Assembly: GCA_964057225.1 (NCBI GenBank)
Contig: OZ059895.1
Coordinates: 23,312,001 to 23,376,000, forward strand
DNA: 64,000 bases
Origin: Auanema rhodensis
Lineage: Eukaryota > Animalia > Nematoda
Direction of reading: 5' to 3'
Each line of letters starts with the position of its first letter. Positions within the stretch are counted from its first letter, which is position 1. Below, in pieces: positions 37,701 through 52,800 of this stretch. The position numbers were made by a program, and so were the translations under genes. The notes beneath the pieces are model-generated. The model worked only from the letters and a program-made list of their open reading frames with translations, was not told the origin of the DNA and searched no databases.

Positions 37701-38966
37701 TTTTTCAAACGATCATAACTAATTTTTGTATTAAGCGTTTCTCAATGTAGTATAGTGCATTCGATGCGGATTTTTAAGCTGCGTCGATCTGTGTTATCAG
37801 ATTTGCGCTAGCTTAAAAATGCACCGAGATATCAACTGATATAAGTTCACACTTATATCCTCGATTTTCACCCCGAAGAATTAATTTTTTCGTTGAATAA
37901 CAATGTCCATCGTCTTTGCCTTGAAAAAAGAAATCTAAAAACATCTACTTTTTGCTAAATTATTTTGAAATTTTTCGAAAAAATTTTTGTCAAAATGTTT
38001 TTGGAAGCAATGTTGAGTGTACATGGAAACTCAACATACACTAATGCATCATTTTTCAAACGATCATAACTAATTTTTGTATTAAGCGTTTCTCAATGTA
38101 GTATAGTGCATTCGATGCAGATTTTTAAGCTGCGTCGATCTGTGTTATCAGATTTGCGCTAGCTTGAAAATGCACCGAGATATCAACTGATATAAGTTCA
38201 CACTTATATCCTCGATTTTCACCCTGAAGAACTAATTTTTTCGTTGAATAACAATGTTCATCGTCTTTGCCTTGAAAAAAGGAATCTAAAAACATCTACT
38301 TTTTGCTAAATTATTTTGAAATTTTTCGAAAAAATTTTTGTCAAAATGTTTTTGGAAGCAATGTTGAGTGTACATGGAAACTCAACATACACTAATGCAT
38401 CATTTTTCAAACGATCATAACTAATTTTTGTATTAAGCGTTTCTCAATGTAGTATAGTGCATTCGATGCGGATTTTTAAGCTGCGTCGATCTGTGTTATC
38501 AGATTTGCTCTAGCTTAAAAATGCACCGAGATATCAACTGATATAAGTTCACACTTATATCCTCGATTTTCACCCTGAAGAATTAATTTTTTCGTTGAAT
38601 AACAATGTCCATCGTCTTTGCCTTGAAAAAAGAAATCTAAAAACATCTACTTTTTGCTAAATTATTTTGAAATTTTTCGAAAAAATTTTTGTCAAAATGT
38701 TTTTGGAAGCAATGTTGAGTGTACATGGAAACTCAACATACACTAATGCATCATTTTTCAAACGATCATAACTAATTTTTGTATTAAGCGTTTCTCAATG
38801 TAGTATAGTGCATTCGATGCGGATTTTTAAGCTGCGTCGATCTGTGTTATCAGATTTGCGCTAGCTTAAAAATGCACCGAGATATCAACTGATATAAGTT
38901 CACACTTATATCCTCGATTTTCACCCCGAAGAATTAATTTTTTCGTTGAATAACAATGTCCATCGT
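34755..38966. repeat. Trimeric higher-order repeat (1053 bp), three copies
   Basis: [p206A+p253G+p319C][p245T][p312C] starts at 34755, 36861 and 37914. Confidence 0.88.
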
Positions 38967-41072
38967 CTTTGCCTTGAAAAAAGAAATCTAAAAACATCTA
39001 CTTTTTGCTAAATTATTTTGAAATTTTTCGAAAAAATTTTTGTCAAAATGTTTTTGGAAGCAATGTTGAGTGTACATGGAAACTCAACATACACTAATGC
39101 ATCATTTTTCAAACGATCATAACTAATTTTTGTATTAAGCGTTTCTCAATGTAGTATAGTGCATTCGATGCGGATTTTTAAGCTGCGTCGATCTGTGTTA
39201 TCAGATTTGCGCTAGCTTAAAAATGCACCGAGATATCAACTGATATATGTTCACACTTATATCCTCGATTTTCACCCTGAAGAATTAATTTTTTCGTTGA
39301 ATAACAATGTCCATCGTCTTTGCCTTGAAAAAAGGAATCTAAAAACATCTACTTTTTGCTAAATTATTTTGAAATTTTTCGAAAAAATTTTTGTCAAAAT
39401 GTTTTTGGAAGCAATGTTGAGTGTACATGGAAACTCAACATACACTAATGCATCATTTTTCAAACGATCATAACTAATTTTTGTATTAAGCGTTTCTCAA
39501 TGTAGTATAGTGCATTCGATGCGGATTTTTAAGCTGCGTCGATCTGTGTTATCAGATTTGCGCTAGCTTAAAAATGCACCGAGATATCAACTGATATAAG
39601 TTCACACTTATATCCTCGATTTTCACCCTGAAGAATTAATTTTTTCGTTGAATAACATCGTCCATCGTCTTTGCCTTAAAAAAAGGAATCTAAAAACATC
39701 TACTTTTTGCTAAATTATCTTGAAATTTTTTGAAAAAATTTTTGTCAAAATGTTTTTGGAAGCAATGTTGAGTGTACATGGAAACTCAACATACACTAAT
39801 GCATCATTTTTCAAACGATCATAACTAATTTTTGTATTAAGCGTTTCTCAATGTAGTATAGTGCATTCGATGCGGATTTTTAAGCTGCGTCGATCTGTTT
39901 TATCAGATTTGCGCTAGCTTAAAAATGCACCGAGATATCAACTGATATATGTTCACACTTATATCCTCGATTTTCACCCTGAAGAATTAATTTTTTCGTT
40001 GAATAACAATGTCCATCGTCTTTGCCTTGAAAAAAGGAATCTAAAAACATCTACTTTTTGCTAAATTATTTTGAAATTTTTCGAAAAAATTTTTGTCAAA
40101 ATGTTTTTGGAAGCAATGTTGAGTGTACATGGAAACTCAACATACACTAATGCATCATTTTTCAAACGATCATAACTAATTTTTGTATTAAGCGTTTCTC
40201 AATGTAGTATAGTGCATTCGATGCGGATTTTTAAGCTGCGTCGATCTGTGTTATCAGATTTGCGCTAGCTTAAAAATGCACCGAGATATCAACTGATATA
40301 AGTTCACACTTATATCCTCGATTTTCACCCTGAAGAATTAATTTTTTCGTTGAATAACAATGTCCATCGTCTTTGCCTTGAAAAAAGAAATCTAAAAACA
40401 TCTACTTTTTGCTAAATTATTTTGAAATTTTTCGAAAAAATTTTTGTCAAAATGTTTTTGGAAGCAATGTTGAGTGTACATGGAAACTCAACATACACTA
40501 ATGCATCATTTTTCAAACGATCATAACTAATTTTTGTATTAAGCGTTTCTCAATGTAGTATAGTGCATTCGATGCGGATTTTTAAGCTGCGTCGATCTGT
40601 GTTATCAGATTTGCGCTAGCTTAAAAATGCACCGAGATATCAACTGATATAAGTTCACACTTATATCCTCGATTTTCACCCTGAAGAATTAATTTTTTCG
40701 TTGAATAACATCGTCCATCGTCTTTGCCTTAAAAAAAGGAATCTAAAAACATCTACTTTTTGCTAAATTATCTTGAAATTTTTTGAAAAAATTTTTGTCA
40801 AAATGTTTTTGGAAGCAATGTTGAGTGTACATGGAAACTCAACATACACTAATGCATCATTTTTCAAACGATCATAACTAATTTTTGTATTAAGCGTTTC
40901 TCAATGTAGTATAGTGCATTCGATGCGGATTTTTAAGCTGCGTCGATCTGTTTTATCAGATTTGCGCTAGCTTAAAAATGCACCGAGATATCAACTGATA
41001 TATGTTCACACTTATATCCTCGATTTTCACCCTGAAGAATTAATTTTTTCGTTGAATAACAATGTCCATCGT

Positions 41073-44000
41073 CTTTGCCTTGAAAAAAGGAATCTAAAAA
41101 CATCTACTTTTTGCTAAATTATTTTGAAATTTTTCGAAAAAATTTTTGTCAAAATGTTTTTGGAAGCAATGTTGAGTGTACATGGAAACTCAACATACAC
41201 TAATGCATCATTTTTCAAACGATCATAACTAATTTTTGTATTAAGCGTTTCTCAATGTAGTATAGTGCATTCGATGCGGATTTTTAAGCTGCGTCGATCT
41301 GTGTTATCAGATTTGCGCTAGCTTAAAAATGCACCGAGATATCAACTGATATAAGTTCACACTTATATCCTCGATTTTCACCCTGAAGAATTAATTTTTT
41401 CGTTGAATAACAATGTCCATCGTCTTTGCCTTGAAAAAAGAAATCTAAAAACATCTACTTTTTGCTAAATTATTTTGAAATTTTTCGAAAAAATTTTTGT
41501 CAAAATGTTTTTGGAAGCAATGTTGAGTGTACATGGAAACTCAACATACACTAATGCATCATTTTTCAAACGATCATAACTAATTTTTGTATTAAGCGTT
41601 TCTCAATGTAGTATAGTGCATTCGATGCGGATTTTTAAGCTGCGTCGATCTGTGTTATCAGATTTGCGCTAGCTTAAAAATGCACCGAGATATCAACTGA
41701 TATAAGTTCACACTTATATCCTCGATTTTCACCCTGAAGAATTAATTTTTTCGTTGAATAACAATGTCCATCGTCTTTGCCTTGAGAAAAGAAATCTAAA
41801 AACATCTACTTTTTGCTAAATTATTTTGAAATTTTTCGAAAAAATTTTTGTCAAAATGTTTTTGGAAGCAATGTTGAGTGTACATGGAAACTCAACATAC
41901 ACGAATGCATCATTTTTCAAACGATCATAACTAATTTTTGTATAAAGCGTTTCTCAATGTAGTATAGTGCATTCGATGCGGATTTTTAAGCTGCGTCGAT
42001 CTGTGTTATCAGATTTGCGCTAGCTTAAAAATGCACCGAGATATCAACTGATATAAGTTCACACTTATATCCTCGATTTTCACCCTGAAGAATTAATTTT
42101 TTCGTTGAATAACAATGTTCATCGTCTTTGCCTTGAAAAAAGGAATCTAAAAACATCTACTTTTTGCTAAATTATTTTGAAATTTTTCGAAAAAATTTTT
42201 GTCAAAATGTTTTTGGAAGCAATGTTGAGTGTACATGGAAACTCAACATACACTAATGCATCATTTTTCAAACGATCATAACTAATTTTTGTATTAAGCG
42301 TTTCTCAATGTAGTATAGTGCATTCGATGCGGATTTTTAAGCTGCGTCGATCTGTGTTATCAGATTTGCGCTAGCTTAAAAATGCACCGAGATATCAACT
42401 GATATAAGTTCACACTTATATCCTCGATTTTCACCCTGAAGAATTAATTTTTTCGTTGAATAACAATGTCCATCGTCTTTGCCTTGAAAAAAGAAATCTA
42501 AAAACATCTACTTTTTGCTAAATTATTTTGAAATTTTTCGAAAAAATTTTTGTCAAAATGTTTTTGGAAGCAATGTTGAGTGTACATGGAAACTCAACAT
42601 ACACTAATGCATCATTTTTCAAACGATCATAACTAATTTTTGTATTAAGCGTTTCTCAATGTAGTATAGTGCATTCGATGCGGATTTTTAAGCTGCGTCG
42701 ATCTGTGTTATCAGATTTGCGCTAGCTTAAAAATGCACCGAGATATCAACTGATATATGTTCACACTTATATCCTCGATTTTCACCCTGAAGAATTAATT
42801 TTTTCGTTGAATAACAATGTCCATCGTCTTTGCCTTGAAAAAAGGAATCTAAAAACATCTACTTTTTGCTAAATTATTTTGAAATTTTTCGAAAAAATTT
42901 TTGTCAAAATGTTTTTGGAAGCAATGTTGAGTGTACATGGAAACTCAACATACACTAATGCATCATTTTTCAAACGATCATAACTAATTTTTGTATTAAG
43001 CGTTTCTCAATGTAGTATAGTGCATTCGATGCGGATTTTTAAGCTGCGTCGATCTGTGTTATCAGATTTGCGCTAGCTTAAAAATGCACCGAGATATCAA
43101 CTGATATAAGTTCACACTTATATCCTCGATTTTCACCCTGAAGAATTAATTTTTTCGTTGAATAACATCGTCCATCGTCTTTGCCTTAAAAAAAGGAATC
43201 TAAAAACATCTACTTTTTGCTAAATTATCTTGAAATTTTTTGAAAAAATTTTTGTCAAAATGTTTTTGGAAGCAATGTTGAGTGTACATGGAAACTCAAC
43301 ATACACTAATGCATCATTTTTCAAACGATCATAACTAATTTTTGTATTAAGCGTTTCTCAATGTAGTATAGTGCATTCGATGCGGATTTTTAAGCTGCGT
43401 CGATCTGTGTTATCAGATTTGCGCTAGCTTAAAAATGCACCGAGATATCAACTGATATAAGTTCACACTTATATCCTCGATTTTCACCCTGAAGAATTAA
43501 TTTTTTCGTTGAATAACAATGTTCATCGTCTTTGCCTTGAAAAAAGGAATCTAAAAACATCTACTTTTTGCTAAATTATTTTGAAATTTTTCGAAAAAAT
43601 TTTTGTCAAAATGTTTTTGGAAGCAATGTTGAGTGTACATGGAAACTCAACATACACTAATGCATCATTTTTCAAACGATCATAACTAATTTTTGTATTA
43701 AGCGTTTCTCAATGTAGTATAGTGCATTCGATGCGGATTTTTAAGCTGCGTCGATCTGTGTTATCAGATTTGCGCTAGCTTAAAAATGCACCGAGATATC
43801 AACTGATATAAGTTCACACTTATATCCTCGATTTTCACCCTGAAGAATTAATTTTTTCGTTGAATAACAATGTTCATCGTCTTTGCCTTGAAAAAAGGAA
43901 TCTAAAAACATCTACTTTTTGCTAAATTATTTTGAAATTTTTCGAAAAAATTTTTGTCAAAATGTTTTTGGAAGCAATGTTGAGTGTACATGGAAACTCA

Positions 44001-47000
44001 ACATACACTAATGCATCATTTTTCAAACGATCATAACTAATTTTTGTATTAAGCGTTTCTCAATGTAGTATAGTGCATTCGATGCGGATTTTTAAGCTGC
44101 GTCGATCTGTGTTATCAGATTTGCGCTAGCTTAAAAATGCACCGAGATATCAACTGATATATGTTCACACTTATATCCTCGATTTTCACCCTGAAGAATT
44201 AATTTTTTCGTTGAATAACAATGTCCATCGTCTTTGCCTTGAAAAAAGGAATCTAAAAACATCTACTTTTTGCTAAATTATTTTGAAATTTTTCGAAAAA
44301 ATTTTTGTCAAAATGTTTTTGGAAGCAATGTTGAGTGTACATGGAAACTCAACATACACTAATGCATCATTTTTCAAACGATCATAACTAATTTTTGTAT
44401 TAAGCGTTTCTCAATGTAGTATAGTGCATTCGATGCGGATTTTTAAGCTGCGTCGATCTGTGTTATCAGATTTGCGCTAGCTTAAAAATGCACCGAGATA
44501 TCAACTGATATAAGTTCACACTTATATCCTCGATTTTCACCCTGAAGAATTAATTTTTTCGTTGAATAACAATGTCCATCGTCTTTGCCTTGAAAAAAGA
44601 AATCTAAAAACATCTACTTTTTGCTAAATTATTTTGAAATTTTTCGAAAAAATTTTTGTCAAAATGTTTTTGGAAGCAATGTTGAGTGTACATGGAAACT
44701 CAACATACACTAATGCATCATTTTTCAAACGATCATAACTAATTTTTGTATTAAGCGTTTCTCAATGTAGTATAGTGCATTCGATGCGGATTTTTAAGCT
44801 GCGTCGATCTGTGTTATCAGATTTGCGCTAGCTTAAAAATGCACCGAGATATCAACTGATATAAGTTCACACTTATATCCTCGATTTTCACCCTGAAGAA
44901 TTAATTTTTTCGTTGAATAACAATGTCCATCGTCTTTGCCTTGAGAAAAGAAATCTAAAAACATCTACTTTTTGCTAAATTATTTTGAAATTTTTCGAAA
45001 AAATTTTTGTCAAAATGTTTTTGGAAGCAATGTTGAGTGTACATGGAAACTCAACATACACTAATGCATCATTTTTCAAACGATCATAACTAATTTTTGT
45101 ATAAAGCGTTTCTCAATGTAGTATAGTGCATTCGATGCGGATTTTTAAGCTGCGTCGATCTGTGTTATCAGATTTGCGCTAGCTTAAAAATGCACCGAGA
45201 TATCAACTGATATAAGTTCACACTTATATCCTCGATTTTCACCCTGAAGAATTAATTTTTTCGTTGAATAACAATGTTCATCGTCTTTGCCTTGAAAAAA
45301 GGAATCTAAAAACATCTACTTTTTGCTAAATTATTTTGAAATTTTTCGAAAAAATTTTTGTCAAAATGTTTTTGGAAGCAATGTTGAGTGTACATGGAAA
45401 CTCAACATACACTAATGCATCATTTTTCAAACGATCATAACTAATTTTTGTATTAAGCGTTTCTCAATGTAGTATAGTGCATTCGATGCGGATTTTTAAG
45501 CTGCGTCGATCTGTGTTATCAGATTTGCGCTAGCTTAAAAATGCACCGAGATATCAACTGATATAAGTTCACACTTATATCCTCGATTTTCACCCTGAAG
45601 AATTAATTTTTTCGTTGAATAACAATGTCCATCGTCTTTGCCTTGAAAAAAGAAATCTAAAAACATCTACTTTTTGCTAAATTATTTTGAAATTTTTCGA
45701 AAAAATTTTTGTCAAAATGTTTTTGGAAGCAATGTTGAGTGTACATGGAAACTCAACATACACTAATGCATCATTTTTCAAACGATCATAACTAATTTTT
45801 GTATTAAGCGTTTCTCAATGTAGTATAGTGCATTCGATGCGGATTTTTAAGCTGCGTCGATCTGTGTTATCAGATTTGCGCTAGCTTAAAAATGCACCGA
45901 GATATCAACTGATATATGTTCACACTTATATCCTCGATTTTCACCCTGAAGAATTAATTTTTTCGTTGAATAACAATGTCCATCGTCTTTGCCTTGAAAA
46001 AAGGAATCTAAAAACATCTACTTTTTGCTAAATTATTTTGAAATTTTTCGAAAAAATTTTTGTCAAAATGTTTTTGGAAGCAATGTTGAGTGTACATGGA
46101 AACTCAACATACACTAATGCATCATTTTTCAAACGATCATAACTAATTTTTGTATTAAGCGTTTCTCAATGTAGTATAGTGCATTCGATGCGGATTTTTA
46201 AGCTGCGTCGATCTGTGTTATCAGATTTGCGCTAGCTTAAAAATGCACCGAGATATCAACTGATATAAGTTCACACTTATATCCTCGATTTTCACCCTGA
46301 AGAATTAATTTTTTCGTTGAATAACATCGTCCATCGTCTTTGCCTTAAAAAAAGGAATCTAAAAACATCTACTTTTTGCTAAATTATCTTGAAATTTTTT
46401 GAAAAAATTTTTGTCAAAATGTTTTTGGAAGCAATGTTGAGTGTACATGGAAACTCAACATACACTAATGCATCATTTTTCAAACGATCATAACTAATTT
46501 TTGTATTAAGCGTTTCTCAATGTAGTATAGTGCATTCGATGCGGATTTTTAAGCTGCGTCGATCTGTGTTATCAGATTTGCGCTAGCTTAAAAATGCACC
46601 GAGATATCAACTGATATAAGTTCACACTTATATCCTCGATTTTCACCCTGAAGAATTAATTTTTTCGTTGAATAACAATGTTCATCGTCTTTGCCTTGAA
46701 AAAAGGAATCTAAAAACATCTACTTTTTGCTAAATTATTTTGAAATTTTTCGAAAAAATTTTTGTCAAAATGTTTTTGGAAGCAATGTTGAGTGTACATG
46801 GAAACTCAACATACACTAATGCATCATTTTTCAAACGATCATAACTAATTTTTGTATTAAGCGTTTCTCAATGTAGTATAGTGCATTCGATGCGGATTTT
46901 TAAGCTGCGTCGATCTGTGTTATCAGATTTGCGCTAGCTTAAAAATGCACCGAGATATCAACTGATATAAGTTCACACTTATATCCTCGATTTTCACCCT

Positions 47001-48443
47001 GAAGAATTAATTTTTTCGTTGAATAACAATGTCCATCGTCTTTGCCTTGAAAAAAGAAATCTAAAAACATCTACTTTTTGCTAAATTATTTTGAAATTTT
47101 TCGAAAAAATTTTTGTCAAAATGTTTTTGGAAGCAATGTTGAGTGTACATGGAAACTCAACATACACTAATGCATCATTTTTCAAACGATCATAACTAAT
47201 TTTTGTATTAAGCGTTTCTCAATGTAGTATAGTGCATTCGATGCGGATTTTTAAGCTGCGTCGATCTGTGTTATCAGATTTGCGCTAGCTTAAAAATGCA
47301 CCGAGATATCAACTGATATATGTTCACACTTATATCCTCGATTTTCACCCTGAAGAATTAATTTTTTCGTTGAATAACAATGTCCATCGTCTTTGCCTTG
47401 AAAAAAGGAATCTAAAAACATCTACTTTTTGCTAAATTATTTTGAAATTTTTCGAAAAAATTTTTGTCAAAATGTTTTTGGAAGCAATGTTGAGTGTACA
47501 TGGAAACTCAACATACACTAATGCATCATTTTTCAAACGATCATAACTAATTTTTGTATTAAGCGTTTCTCAATGTAGTATAGTGCATTCGATGCGGATT
47601 TTTAAGCTGCGTCGATCTGTGTTATCAGATTTGCGCTAGCTTAAAAATGCACCGAGATATCAACTGATATAAGTTCACACTTATATCCTCGATTTTCACC
47701 CTGAAGAATTAATTTTTTCGTTGAATAACATCGTCCATCGTCTTTGCCTTAAAAAAAGGAATCTAAAAACATCTACTTTTTGCTAAATTATCTTGAAATT
47801 TTTTGAAAAAATTTTTGTCAAAATGTTTTTGGAAGCAATGTTGAGTGTACATGGAAACTCAACATACACTAATGCATCATTTTTCAAACGATCATAACTA
47901 ATTTTTGTATTAAGCGTTTCTCAATGTAGTATAGTGCATTCGATGCGGATTTTTAAGCTGCGTCGATCTGTGTTATCAGATTTGCGCTAGCTTAAAAATG
48001 CACCGAGATATCAACTGATATAAGTTCACACTTATATCCTCGATTTTCACCCTGAAGAATTAATTTTTTCGTTGAATAACAATGTTCATCGTCTTTGCCT
48101 TGAAAAAAGGAATCTAAAAACATCTACTTTTTGCTAAATTATTTTGAAATTTTTCGAAAAAATTTTTGTCAAAATGTTTTTGGAAGCAATGTTGAGTGTA
48201 CATGGAAACTCAACATACACTAATGCATCATTTTTCAAACGATCATAACTAATTTTTGTATTAAGCGTTTCTCAATGTAGTATAGTGCATTCGATGCGGA
48301 TTTTTAAGCTGCGTCGATCTGTGTTATCAGATTTGCGCTAGCTTAAAAATGCACCGAGATATCAACTGATATAAGTTCACACTTATATCCTCGATTTTCA
48401 CCCTGAAGAATTAATTTTTTCGTTGAATAACAATGTCCATCGT
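41073..48443. repeat. Nested 9-monomer-offset duplication (M118-124 ~ M127-133) and tandem tetramer (M130-133 = M134-137)
   Basis: The p12G+p170A monomer occurs at 41775 and 44934. The five-substitution junction haplotype marks monomers starting at 43179, 46338 and 47742. Confidence 0.82.
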
Positions 48444-49847
48444 CTTTGCCTTGAAAAAAGAAATCTAAAAACATCTACTTTTTGCTAAATTATTTTGAAA
48501 TTTTTCGAAAAAATTTTTGTCAAAATGTTTTTGGAAGCAATGTTGAGTGTACATGGAAACTCAACATACACTAATGCATCATTTTTCAAACGATCATAAC
48601 TAATTTTTGTATTAAGCGTTTCTCAATGTAGTATAGTGCATTCGATGCGGATTTTTAAGCTGCGTCGATCTGTGTTATCAGATTTGCGCTAGCTTAAAAA
48701 TGCACCGAGATATCAACTGATATAAGTTCACACATATATCCTCGATTTTCACCCTGAAGAATTAATTTTTTCGTTGAATAACAATGTTCATCGTCTTTGC
48801 CTTGAAAAAAGGAATCTAAAAACATCTACTTTTTGCTAAATTATTTTGAAATTTTTCGAAAAAATTTTTGTCAAAATGTTTTTGGAAGCAATGTTGAGTG
48901 TACATGGAAACTCAACATACACTAATGCATCATTTTTCAAACAATCATAACTAATTTTTGTATTAAGCGTTTCTCAATGTAGTATAGTGCATTCGATGCG
49001 GATTTTTAAGCTGCGTCGATCTGTGTTATCAGATTTGCGCTAGCTTAAAAATGCACCGAGATATCAACTGATATAAGTTCACACTTATATCCTCGATTTT
49101 CACCCTGAAGAATTAATTTTTTCGTTGAATAACAATGTCCATCGTCTTTGCCTTGAAAAAAGAAATCTAAAAACATCTACTTTTTGCTAAATTATTTTGA
49201 AATTTTTCGAAAAAATTTTTGTCAAAATGTTTTTGGAAGCAATGTTGAGTGTACATGGAAACTCAACATACACTAATGCATCATTTTTCAAACGATCATA
49301 ACTAATTTTTGTATTAAGCGTTTCTCAATGTAGTATAGTGCATTCGATGCGGATTTTTAAGCTGCGTCGATCTGTGTTATCAAACTTGCGCTAGCTTAAA
49401 AATGCACCGAGATATCAACTGATATAAGTTCACACTTATATCCTCGATTTTCACCCTGAAGAATTAATTTTTTCGTTGAATAACAATGTCCATCGTCTTT
49501 GCCTTGAAAAAAGAAATCTAAAAACATCTACTTTTTGCTAAATTATTTTGAAATTTTTCGAAAAAATTTTTGTCAAAATGTTTTTGGAAGCAATGTTGAG
49601 TGTACATGGAAACTCAACATACACTAATGCATCATTTTTCAAACGATCATAACTAATTTTTGTATTAAGCGTTTCTCAATGTAGTATAGTGCATTCGATG
49701 CGGATTTTTAAGCTGCGTCGATCTGTGTTATCAGATTTGCGCTAGCTTAAAAATGCACCGAGATATCAACTGATATATGTTCACACTTATATCCTCGATT
49801 TTCACCCTGAAGAATTAATTTTTTCGTTGAATAACAATGTCCATCGT

Positions 49848-52800
49848 CTTTGCCTTGAAAAAAGGAATCTAAAAACATCTACTTTTTGCTAAATTATTTT
49901 GAAATTTTTCGAAAAAATTTTTGTCAAAATGTTTTTGGAAGCAATGTTGAGTGTACATGGAAACTCAACATACACTAATGCATCATTTTTCAAACGATCA
50001 TAACTAATTTTTGTATTAAGCGTTTCTCAATGTAGTATAGTGCATTCGATGAGGATTTTTAAGCTGCGTCGATCTGTGTTATCAGATTTGCGCTAGCTTA
50101 AAAATGCACCGAGATATCAACTGATATAAGTTCACACTTATATCCTCGATTTTCACCCTGAAGAATTAATTTTTTCGTTGAATAACAATGTTCATCGTCT
50201 TTGCCTTGAAAAAAGAAATCTAAAAACATCTACTTTTTGCTAAATTATTTTGAAATTTTTCGAAAAAATTTTTGTCAAAATGTTTTTGGAAGCAATGTTG
50301 AGTGTACATGGAAACTCAACATACACTAATGCATCATTTTTCAAACGATCATAACTAATTTTTGTATTAAGCGTTTCTCAATGTAGTATAGTGCATTCGA
50401 TGCGGATTTTTAAGCTGCGTCGATCTGTGTTATCAGATTTGCGCTAGCTTAAAAATGCACCGAGATATCAACTGATATAAGTTCACACTTATATCCTCGA
50501 TTTTCACCCTGAAGAATTAATTTTTTCGTTGAATAACAATGTTCATCGTCTTTGCCTTGAAAAAAGGAATCTAAAAACATCTACTTTTTGCTAAATTATT
50601 TTGAAATTTTTCGAAAAAACTTTTGTCAAAATGTTTTTGGAAGCAATGTTGAGTGTACATGGAAACTCAACATACACTAATGCATCATTTTTCAAACGAT
50701 CATAACTAATTTTTGTATTGAGCGTTTCTCAATGTAGTATAGTGCATTCGATGCGGATTTTTAAGCTGCGTCGATCTGTGTTATCAGATTTGCGCTAGCT
50801 TAAAAATGCACCGAGATATCAACTGATATAAGTTCACACTTAGATCCTCGATTTTCACCCTGAAGAATTAATTTTTTCGTTGAATAACAATGTCCATCGT
50901 CTTTGCCTTGAAAAAACAAATCTAAAAACATCTACTTTTTGCTAAATTATTTTGAAATTTTTCGAAAAAATTTTTGTCAAAATGTTTTTGGAAGCAATGT
51001 TGAGTGTACATGGAAACTCAACATACACTAATGCATCATTTTTCAAACGATCATAACTAATTTTTGTATTAAGCGTTTCTCAATGTAGTATAGTGTATTC
51101 GATGCGGATTTTTAAGCTGCGTCGATCTGTTTTATCAGATTTGCGCTAGCTTAAAAATGCACCGAGATATCAACTGATATAAGTTCACACTTATATCCTC
51201 GATTTTCACCCTGAAGAATTAATTTTTTCGTTGAATAACAATGTCCATCGTCTTTGCCTTGAAAAAACAAATCTAAAAACATCTACTTTTTGCTAAATTA
51301 TTTTGAAATTTTTCGAAAAAATTTTTGTCAAAATGTTTTTGGAAGCAATGTTGAGTGTACATGGAAACTCAACATACACTAATGCATCATTTTTCAAACG
51401 ATCATAACTAATTTTTGTATTAAGCGTTTCTCAATGTAGTATAGTGTATTCGATGCGGATTTTTAAGCTGCGTCGATCTGTTTTATCAGATTTGCGCTAG
51501 CTTAAAAATGCACCGAGATATCAACTGATATAAGTTCACACTTATATCCTCGATTTTCACCCTGAAGAATTAATTTTTTCGTTGAATAACAATGTCCATC
51601 GTCTTTGCCTTGAAAAAACAAATCTAAAAACATCTACTTTTTGCTAAATTATTTTGAAATTTTTCGAAAAAATTTTTGTCAAAATGTTTTTGGAAGCAAT
51701 GTTGAGTGTACATGGAAACTCAACATACACTAATGCATCATTTTTCAAACGATCATAACTAATTTTTGTATTAAGCGTTTCTCAATGTAGTATAGTGCAT
51801 TCGATGCGGATTTTTAAGCTGCGTCGATCTGTTTTATCAGATTTGCGCTAGCTTAAAAATGCACCGAGATATCAACTGATATAAGTTCACACTTATATCC
51901 TCGATTTTCACCCTGAAGAATTAATTTTTTCGTTGAATAACAATGTCCATCGTCTTTGCCTTGAAAAAAGGAATCTAAAAACATCTACTTTTCGCTAAAT
52001 TATTTTGAAATTTTTCGAAAAAATTTTTGTCAAAATGTTTTTGGAAGCAATGTTGAGTGTACATGGAAACTCAACATACACTAATGCATCATTTTTCAAA
52101 CGATCATAACTAATTTTCGTATTAAGCGTTTCTCAATGTAGTATAGTGCATTCGATGCGGATTTTTAAGCTGCGTCGATCTGTGTTATCAGATTTGCGCT
52201 AGCTTAAAAATGCACCGAGATATCAACTGATATATGTTCACACTTATATCCTCGATTTTCACCCTGAAGAATTAATTTTTTCGTTGAATAACAATGTCCA
52301 TCGTCTTTGCCTTGAAAAAAGAAATCTAAAAACATCTACTTTTTGCTAAATTATTTTGAAATTTTTCGAAAAAATTTTTGTCAAAATGTTTTTAGAAGCA
52401 ATGTTGAGTGTACATGGAAACTCAACATACACTAATGCATCATTTTTCAAACGATCATAACTAATTTTTGTATTAAGCGTTTCTCAATGTAGTATAGTGC
52501 ATTCGATGCAGATTTTTAAGCTGCAATGATCTGTGTTATCAGATTTGCGCTAGCTTAAAAATGCACCGAGATATCAACTGATATAAGTTCACACTTATAT
52601 CCTCGATTTTCACCCTGAAGAATTAATTTTTTCGTTGAATAACAATGTCCATCGTCTTTGCCTTGAAAAAAGAAATCTAAAAACATCTACTTTTTGCTAA
52701 ATTATTTTGAAATTTTTCGAAAAAATTTTTGTCAAAATGTTTTTGGAAGCAATGTTGAGTGTACATGGAAACTCAACATACACTAATGCATCATTTTTCA

